DNA of 64,000 nucleotides. It comes from Bacteroidaceae bacterium. Its GTDB lineage: Bacteria > Bacteroidota > Bacteroidia > Bacteroidales > Bacteroidaceae. Shown piece by piece: positions 58,685 through 64,000 of the stretch. The stretch covers positions 11,766 through 75,765 of the forward strand of contig JAZRMQ010000047.1 of NCBI GenBank assembly GCA_045647745.1, written 5' to 3'. The first letter of the stretch is position 1. Each line of letters begins with the position of its first letter. The notes under the pieces are model-generated. The model saw only the letters and a list, made by a program, of their open reading frames with translations. It had not been told where the DNA came from and made no database searches. A program made the translations under genes and the position numbers.

Positions 58685-58838
58685 CGCCTTGAGTTATGGT
58701 ATTTCTTTGGCTGGAAAAGAGCTGGTGAATTCCTTTAAGTTATTGATAATTGTGATTATTAAAAAAGTTTGTCGTGGCGGTGGGCTTGTGCCTCGGCAGA
58801 TAATATTTTAAAAAGCCCGATAAAAACAAAAAAACAAT

Positions 58839-59291
58839 ATGAAAAAGATTTTTGCCCTTCTTTGCGTGGCATTGTTTGCTACAGCTTGTACAACAACAGT
58901 AAAAACTGCAAAAACTGCAGACACTCCAACTTCTTTGCTTTCGGCAACAGTTGCCGACCTTCAGGTTTCTCCTGAGCGTATCACTTATACAATGGAGCCA
59001 AGCAAGAAATTGCAGCGCGCAGGTCTTAGCAATGTAAAGCAGGCTGCTGAGCAGGAGGCTTTGGCAAAGTATGGTAATGCCGATGTTCTTGTTGATGCTG
59101 AGTATGTTATCGTTAGCACAAACTATTTCATCTTCGGTAAGGATGTAGAGTCTGTAACAGTGACCGGTCGTCCTGCAAAGTATGTGAATTTCCGTTCTTT
59201 GAACGACTCTGTATGGTGTAACCCAACTTTCCGTCACAACTATCGCGAGAATACAAAGAGCAGCGGTGGTTTCTTGAACTTGTTTAAGTAA
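58839..59291 (+). CDS. Small lipoprotein, unknown family (paralogue of the N-terminal half of the next gene)
   Basis: Lipobox LFATAC. 150 aa. Shares ...VADL.V..ERITYT...NVKQAAEQEAL.K.GNAD...GRPA.Y.NFRSLNDSVW.NP.F with the next ORF. Confidence 0.7.
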   Translation: MKKIFALLCVALFATACTTTVKTAKTADTPTSLLSATVADLQVSPERITYTMEPSKKLQRAGLSNVKQAAEQEALAKYGNADVLVDAEYVIVSTNYFIFGKDVESVTVTGRPAKYVNFRSLNDSVWCNPTFRHNYRENTKSSGGFLNLFK

Positions 59292-59310
59292 TAATCAATA
59301 ATTTGTGATT

Positions 59311-60276
59311 ATGAAAAAAACGTTTAGTTTATTAATGTTGCTTGCGCTGTTTCTGACATCGTGTCAGACACACCTGAAGACAGCCCGCACAGCCGAGACC
59401 GAAGCGTCGTTGCGCAGTGTTGCTGTGGCCGATCTTGAGGTAGCCGACGAGCGCATAACATATACCTTGGTCCCCAATGATGATATTCGTCGTGGTGGCT
59501 TGGATAATGTTAAGCAAGCGGCGGAGCAAGAGGCTCTTACAAAACACGGCAATGCCGATATTTTGTTGGACCCACAGTATGTGATAACCAAAAAACGTTC
59601 TTTGTTCGGCAGTAAAGTTACATCGGTTACCGTTAGCGGTCGCCCTGCTTTCTATCGCAATTTCCGTTCTTTGAACGACTCTGTTTGGGCTAATCCAGCC
59701 TTTAATGGTGTTGCTTTTGAGAGAAAGTCAAAAGGTGTCTTTGGCAGAACAAACAGCAATGGTCTTTATCCTGCTAGGAAGAATAGCAAATCGGGCAAGG
59801 GCTTTGAGTGCTATTTGACAGCTGCATTAATGGCCTCAGCATTCTCTTCGTCACAGGATTGCTGTGATGGCGGCGAGGGCTTTAATATCAATCTTTTGTC
59901 AAGTTTTGGCTATAGATTCACCCCCTATTTCTATCTTGGTGCCGGTATTGGTATAGCTGCTGAGACTTATTATGATGAATTTGTTTTATTGCCTCTTTAT
60001 TTGAATGCCCGTTTTAATTTCTCAAAGCGTCCAAAGACATTCTTCCTTGATTATAAATTAGGATATACATTGGCGGACCTTGCAGATGAATGTCACCCCG
60101 AAGCGTTCAATGCAATGGCATTGGGTTATACTTTCGGCAAGTTCGATTTGGCTTTCCAAACAACATTCCAGTCGCTCGAACAAGATAGGTGTCGACAAGG
60201 CTATGGCTATTATGGTTGTGGCGGTGCTAATGGTGTTCTTGTTACCTATGGTATCTCGTTCAGCTATAAATTCTAA
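59311..60276 (+). CDS. Lipoprotein with the same N-terminal module fused to a C-terminal beta-barrel-like domain
   Basis: Lipobox FLTSC. The C-terminal ~190 aa have alternating hydrophobic strands and end in ...VTYGISFSYKF (OMP-type terminal Phe). The track ORF starts at GTG 59305. Confidence 0.7.
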   Translation: MKKTFSLLMLLALFLTSCQTHLKTARTAETEASLRSVAVADLEVADERITYTLVPNDDIRRGGLDNVKQAAEQEALTKHGNADILLDPQYVITKKRSLFGSKVTSVTVSGRPAFYRNFRSLNDSVWANPAFNGVAFERKSKGVFGRTNSNGLYPARKNSKSGKGFECYLTAALMASAFSSSQDCCDGGEGFNINLLSSFGYRFTPYFYLGAGIGIAAETYYDEFVLLPLYLNARFNFSKRPKTFFLDYKLGYTLADLADECHPEAFNAMALGYTFGKFDLAFQTTFQSLEQDRCRQGYGYYGCGGANGVLVTYGISFSYKF

Positions 60277-60296
60277 TATCTTTTTGGAATATTTGC

Positions 60297-60329
60297 AAAG
60301 GATGCGCCCAAAAGCGCATCCTTTTTTTT
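60297..60329 (+). terminator. Intrinsic terminator
   Basis: AAAGGATGCGC-ccaaaa-GCGCATCCTTT followed by a T-run. Confidence 0.85.
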
Positions 60330-60385
60330 GTTTGAGCGACAATGGTTTTTAAGCCTCGCGCCTTTGCTTTTTTCTTTTTTTGTAT

Positions 60386-60393
60386 TACTTTTG
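60386..60393 (+). promoter_or_regulatory. Candidate -7 box TACTTTTG
   Basis: Exact TAnnTTTG match 108 bp upstream of the ATG at 60501. Confidence 0.35.
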
Positions 60394-60500
60394 TGAAAAT
60401 GTACATTGCGCTGTTTGTGCATATTATGCTACGGGGCAGTGTGCTTGCGATAGAAACAGTAATAATTTAGATATTTATCAACTTTTAATCGTTCAGTAAA

Positions 60501-61694
60501 ATGGGAAAAGTTTTGCTTATCGGAGCAGGCGGTGTGGGCACCGTGGCTGCTTTTAAGGTTGCTCAGAACAGTGATGTTTTCACCGACATTATGATTGCCA
60601 GCCGCACAAAGGCAAAGTGTGATGCTATTGTAAAAGCAATCGGTAATCCAAATATAAAGACCGCTGCGGTTGATGCCGACAGTGTAGAGGAGTTGGTTGC
60701 TCTGTTCAATGATTTTAAACCCGAAATTGTTATTAACGTAGCTCTGCCTTATCAGGACCTCACAATTATGGAGGCTTGCTTGCAGTGTGGAGTCAACTAT
60801 CTTGATACAGCTAATTACGAGCCAAAAGATGAGGCTCACTTTGAGTATAGCTGGCAGTGGGCTTACCACGAGCGTTTTAAGGAGGCCGGTTTGACAGCTA
60901 TCCTTGGTTGTGGCTTTGACCCGGGTGTGAGCGGTGTCTACACAGCGTATGCCGCAAAGCACTATTTCGACGAAATTCACTATCTTGATATTGTGGATTG
61001 CAATGCCGGTAACCACCACAAGGCTTTTGCAACAAACTTTAACCCCGAGATTAATATCCGCGAGATTACACAGAATGGCCGTTACTATGAGAATGGCCAG
61101 TGGATTGAGACCGGTCCGCTCGAAATTCATCAGCCAATCACCTATCCTAACGTTGGTCCACGCGAGTCTTACCTTCTCTTCCACGAGGAGTTGGAGTCTT
61201 TGACAAAGAACTTCCCGACAATCAAGCGTGCACGTTTCTGGATGACATTCGGTCAGGAGTATCTGACCCACCTTCGCGTTATTCAGAACATTGGTATGGC
61301 GCGTATCGACGAGATTGACTACAATGGCCAAAAGATTGTGCCTTTGCAGTTCTTGAAGGCTGTGCTTCCTAATCCACAGGATTTGGGCGAGAACTACGAG
61401 GGTGAGACCTCAATCGGTTGCCGCATTCGTGGTATAAAGGATGGCAAGGAGCGCACATATTATGTCTACAACAACTGCAGCCACCAAGAGGCTTACAAAG
61501 AGACCGGTATGCAGGGTGTTAGCTACACAACAGGTGTTCCTGCAATGATTGGTGCTATGATGTTCCTCAAAGGCATTTGGCGCAAGCCGGGCGTTTGGAA
61601 CGTCGAGCAGTTTGACCCGGACCCATTTATGGAGCAGTTGAACAAGCAGGGCTTGCCTTGGCACGAGGAGTTTGATAAGGATTTGGAGTTATAA
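60501..61694 (+). CDS. Carboxynorspermidine/carboxyspermidine dehydrogenase (saccharopine dehydrogenase family)
   Basis: 397 aa. Collinear with Vibrio CANSDH as I recall it: IGAGGVG, GFDPGV, ATNFNPEIN, AYTTGVPA, PGVWNVEQFDPDPF. Confidence 0.85.
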   Translation: MGKVLLIGAGGVGTVAAFKVAQNSDVFTDIMIASRTKAKCDAIVKAIGNPNIKTAAVDADSVEELVALFNDFKPEIVINVALPYQDLTIMEACLQCGVNYLDTANYEPKDEAHFEYSWQWAYHERFKEAGLTAILGCGFDPGVSGVYTAYAAKHYFDEIHYLDIVDCNAGNHHKAFATNFNPEINIREITQNGRYYENGQWIETGPLEIHQPITYPNVGPRESYLLFHEELESLTKNFPTIKRARFWMTFGQEYLTHLRVIQNIGMARIDEIDYNGQKIVPLQFLKAVLPNPQDLGENYEGETSIGCRIRGIKDGKERTYYVYNNCSHQEAYKETGMQGVSYTTGVPAMIGAMMFLKGIWRKPGVWNVEQFDPDPFMEQLNKQGLPWHEEFDKDLEL

Positions 61695-61712
61695 TACAAA
61701 CAAAAGAGTGTG

Positions 61713-61731
61713 GGGCGGGCAATGCCCGCCC
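61713..61731 (+). terminator. GC hairpin without a T-run, between the CANSDH gene and recA (possible weak terminator or processing site)
   Basis: GGGCGGGC-aat-GCCCGCCC. Only 55 bp of intergenic space, so read-through into recA is likely. Confidence 0.3.
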
Positions 61732-61749
61732 TATTAAAACAATAAAAAT

Positions 61750-62787
61750 ATGGCAAAGAAAGAAGAACTTGACAACATCGCCGGCAATGAGAAATTGCGT
61801 GCTTTGCAGGCTGCGATGGATAAGATAGAAAAAAACTTCGGCAAGGGTTCTATTATGAAGCTTGGCGATGATAATTTTGAGGATGTAGATGTTATCCCAA
61901 CCGGCTCTGTGGGCTTGAATGCAGCGCTTGGCGTGGGTGGCTTTCCTCGCGGACGTATAATCGAGATTTATGGCCCCGAGTCATCGGGTAAGACAACACT
62001 CGCTATCCACGCAATAGCCGAGGCGCAGAAGATGGGTGGCATTGCTGCCATTATTGACGCCGAGCACGCTTTTGACCGTTTCTATGCGCAAAAGTTAGGT
62101 GTGGATATTGACAATCTTTTGATTTCTCAACCCGATTGTGGTGAGCAAGCGCTCGAAATTGCCGAGCAGCTTATCCGTTCATCGGCAATTGATATAATTG
62201 TTATCGACTCAGTTGCTGCACTCACACCAAAGGCTGAAATTGAGGGCGAGATGGGCGATAATAAGGTAGGTCTTCAGGCTCGTTTGATGTCTCAGGCTTT
62301 GCGTAAGCTCACATCAGCAATCAGCAAGACAAAGACAACCTGTATTTTCATTAACCAGTTGCGTGAGAAGATTGGTGTAATGTTCGGTAATCCCGAGACA
62401 ACAACCGGTGGTAACGCGCTGAAATTCTACTCATCGGTTCGTCTCGATATTCGTCGTGTGAGCCAGATAAAAGATGGCGAGGATGCTATCGGTAACTCGG
62501 TGCGTGTGAAGGTTGTGAAAAACAAGGTTGCTCCTCCTTTCCGCAAGGCTGAGTTTGATATTATGTTCGGCGAGGGAATTTCGCGCACAGGCGAGATTGT
62601 AGACCTTGGCGTTCAGTATGGCATCATCAAGAAGAGTGGTTCATTCTTCAGCTACAACGATACCAAGCTTGCACAGGGTCGTGACCGCACAAAGGCGCTC
62701 ATTGCCGATAATCCCGAGCTTGCCGAGGAGCTTGAGGCAAAAATTGCCGAGGCCATCAAGGGTAACATTGAGGCTGTTGCCGAGTAA
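61750..62787 (+). CDS. recA: Recombinase RecA
   Basis: GPESSGKTT Walker [12 protein letters not shown]2 loop region. 345 aa. Confidence 0.98.
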   Translation: MAKKEELDNIAGNEKLRALQAAMDKIEKNFGKGSIMKLGDDNFEDVDVIPTGSVGLNAALGVGGFPRGRIIEIYGPESSGKTTLAIHAIAEAQKMGGIAAIIDAEHAFDRFYAQKLGVDIDNLLISQPDCGEQALEIAEQLIRSSAIDIIVIDSVAALTPKAEIEGEMGDNKVGLQARLMSQALRKLTSAISKTKTTCIFINQLREKIGVMFGNPETTTGGNALKFYSSVRLDIRRVSQIKDGEDAIGNSVRVKVVKNKVAPPFRKAEFDIMFGEGISRTGEIVDLGVQYGIIKKSGSFFSYNDTKLAQGRDRTKALIADNPELAEELEAKIAEAIKGNIEAVAE

Positions 62788-62816
62788 ACGTGGAACTATA
62801 ATAAATTTTATATACT

Positions 62817-64000
62817 ATGAAGAAAAATCTTTTATTGGCTGCGCTTGCATTCGTAGGCTTTGGCGCAGTGGCACAGGAGAACGCTCCTGAATTTACTGTT
62901 GTGAAGGAGAACCCTATCACAAGTATCAAGAACCAAAATCAGGCCGGTACCTGCTGGTGCTATTCATCATTGGCATTCATTGAGTCGGAGCTTTTGCGTA
63001 TGGGCAAGGGTGAGTATGACCTCTCTGAAATGTATATTGTTCACAACACCTATCTCGACCGTGCAGACAAGGCTGTTCGTACACACGGCGATATCTCTTT
63101 CTCGCAGGGTGGTTCGTTCTACGATGTAATCTATGGTATGGAGGCTTTTGGTCTTGTTCCCGAGGCTGAGATGCGTCCCGGTGTTATGTATGGCAAGGAG
63201 CTGAGCAACCACAACGAGCTTTCAGCTGTTAGTGACGCAGTTGTTGCAGCTATTGCAAAGGGTAAGCACCGCAGCTTGCAGGTGAGCCCCGAAGGCCAGC
63301 CACTTTGGAAGAAGGCTATTGAGGCTGTTCACGATATTTACCTTGGTGAGCGTCCCGAGAAATTTACTTACAATGGCAAAGAGTATACTCCTGCATCATT
63401 CTACAAATCTCTTGGTTTGAACGCCGAGGATTATATCTCTTTGACATCTTACACTCACCATCCTTTCTACAAGCCTTTCGTTCTTGAAATTCAGGATAAC
63501 TGGCGTTGGGCACAGTCATACAACCTCCCTATCGATGAGTTTATGCAGGTGTTTGACAATGCTATTATGGAGGGTTACACCATTGCTTGGGGTAGCGACG
63601 TGAGCGAGAAGGGCTTTACACGTGATGGCAAGGCTGTTATGCCTGATGAGGCAAAAGGTGCCGACCTTCAGGGTTCAGATATGGCAAGATGGCTCAATTT
63701 GAGCGAGGAGGAGAGAAAGAATACTCCAAAGCCTTCTAGCGAAAAATGGTGTACTCAGGAGGAGCGTCAGATTGCTTATGATAACTGGGAGACAACCGAC
63801 GACCACGGTATGCAGATTTATGGTATTGCAAAGGATAAAGATGGCGTAGAGTACTATATGGTTAAGAACTCTTGGGGCGAGGCTGGTGCCTACAAAGGTA
63901 TCTGGTATGCATCTAAGGCTTTTGCACGCTATAAGACAATGAATATCGTTGTTCACAAAAACGCTATTCCAAAGGAGATTCGCAAGAAGTTGGGTATCAA
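62817..64000 (+). CDS. C1 family cysteine peptidase (aminopeptidase C / bleomycin hydrolase-like), 3' end outside the window
   Basis: Not in the ORF track because there is no stop inside the window. Hand translation: MKKNLLLAALAFVGFGAVAQ...NQNQAGTCWCYSSLAFIESE (catalytic Cys), late ...YYMVKNSWGEAG... Confidence 0.8.
   Translation, partial: MKKNLLLAALAFVGFGAVAQENAPEFTVVKENPITSIKNQNQAGTCWCYSSLAFIESELLRMGKGEYDLSEMYIVHNTYLDRADKAVRTHGDISFSQGGSFYDVIYGMEAFGLVPEAEMRPGVMYGKELSNHNELSAVSDAVVAAIAKGKHRSLQVSPEGQPLWKKAIEAVHDIYLGERPEKFTYNGKEYTPASFYKSLGLNAEDYISLTSYTHHPFYKPFVLEIQDNWRWAQSYNLPIDEFMQVFDNAIMEGYTIAWGSDVSEKGFTRDGKAVMPDEAKGADLQGSDMARWLNLSEEERKNTPKPSSEKWCTQEERQIAYDNWETTDDHGMQIYGIAKDKDGVEYYMVKNSWGEAGAYKGIWYASKAFARYKTMNIVVHKNAIPKEIRKKLGI

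Noticed and set aside
58240-59237. ORFs 58240-58644 (+, 134 aa) and 58740-59237 (-, 165 aa) around the dnaK upstream region.
   Set aside because: The first overlaps the dnaK 5' end and runs through the regulatory region. The second is antisense to the supported lipoprotein gene. Both are Cys/Leu/Phe-rich with no motifs.
60429-61331. A 300-aa ORF antisense to the carboxynorspermidine dehydrogenase gene.
   Set aside because: The same codon-aligned antisense frame artefact applies. The sense gene has strong family similarity and the antisense product has none.
1-64000. A search for CRISPR arrays, IS elements or transposases, prophage, toxin-antitoxin pairs, restriction-modification or other defence systems, and rRNA.
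   Set aside because: None was recognised. The only DNA tandem repeat is the coding 27-bp array. All long hairpins sit at gene ends and behave as terminators, and they do not share a common sequence (not a REP-like family).

Overview
This is a Bacteroidota (Bacteroidales-type) chromosomal segment. It is densely coding: about 50 CDS, one tRNA, and no rRNA. The phylum call rests on a SusC/SusD pair, four proteins with T9SS C-terminal sorting domains, phylum-restricted DUF families (DUF4843, DUF5683, DUF3822), and many exact TAnnTTTG -7 promoter boxes 19-155 bp upstream of first genes.

Most of the window is conserved housekeeping:
- cls and alaS
- a RecD-like helicase and rsmD
- a tight parA-parB-DUF5683-lytic transglycosylase-relA/spoT operon
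- surE-lpxB
- rsfS-ftsH-cdsA
- sdaA and dnaK
- carboxynorspermidine dehydrogenase-recA-C1 peptidase

I saw no CRISPR array, transposase, integrase, phage genes or recognisable defence genes, so there is no obvious island.

The candidates for something undescribed are all inference:
1. An operon of two paralogous ~1,010-aa BNR/sortilin-like propeller T9SS cargo proteins plus a TonB-dependent receptor (46468-54772).
2. A lipoprotein thioredoxin with a 15-Cys array encoded by an in-frame 27-bp tandem repeat. It is divergently paired with a large TlpA-like oxidoreductase next to tRNA-Gln (30874-33159).
3. A SusC/SusD/DUF4843/PKD-like cassette with no glycoside hydrolase or regulator, converging on an sdaA-S9 peptidase operon (35356-46183).
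4. A duplicated lipoprotein module, one copy fused to a beta-barrel-like domain (58839-60276).
5. A TGTGACA/TGTCACA palindrome cluster upstream of dnaK.
6. A pseudopilin-like protein paired with DUF3822.

All product calls come from motif recognition by eye. No searches were run.
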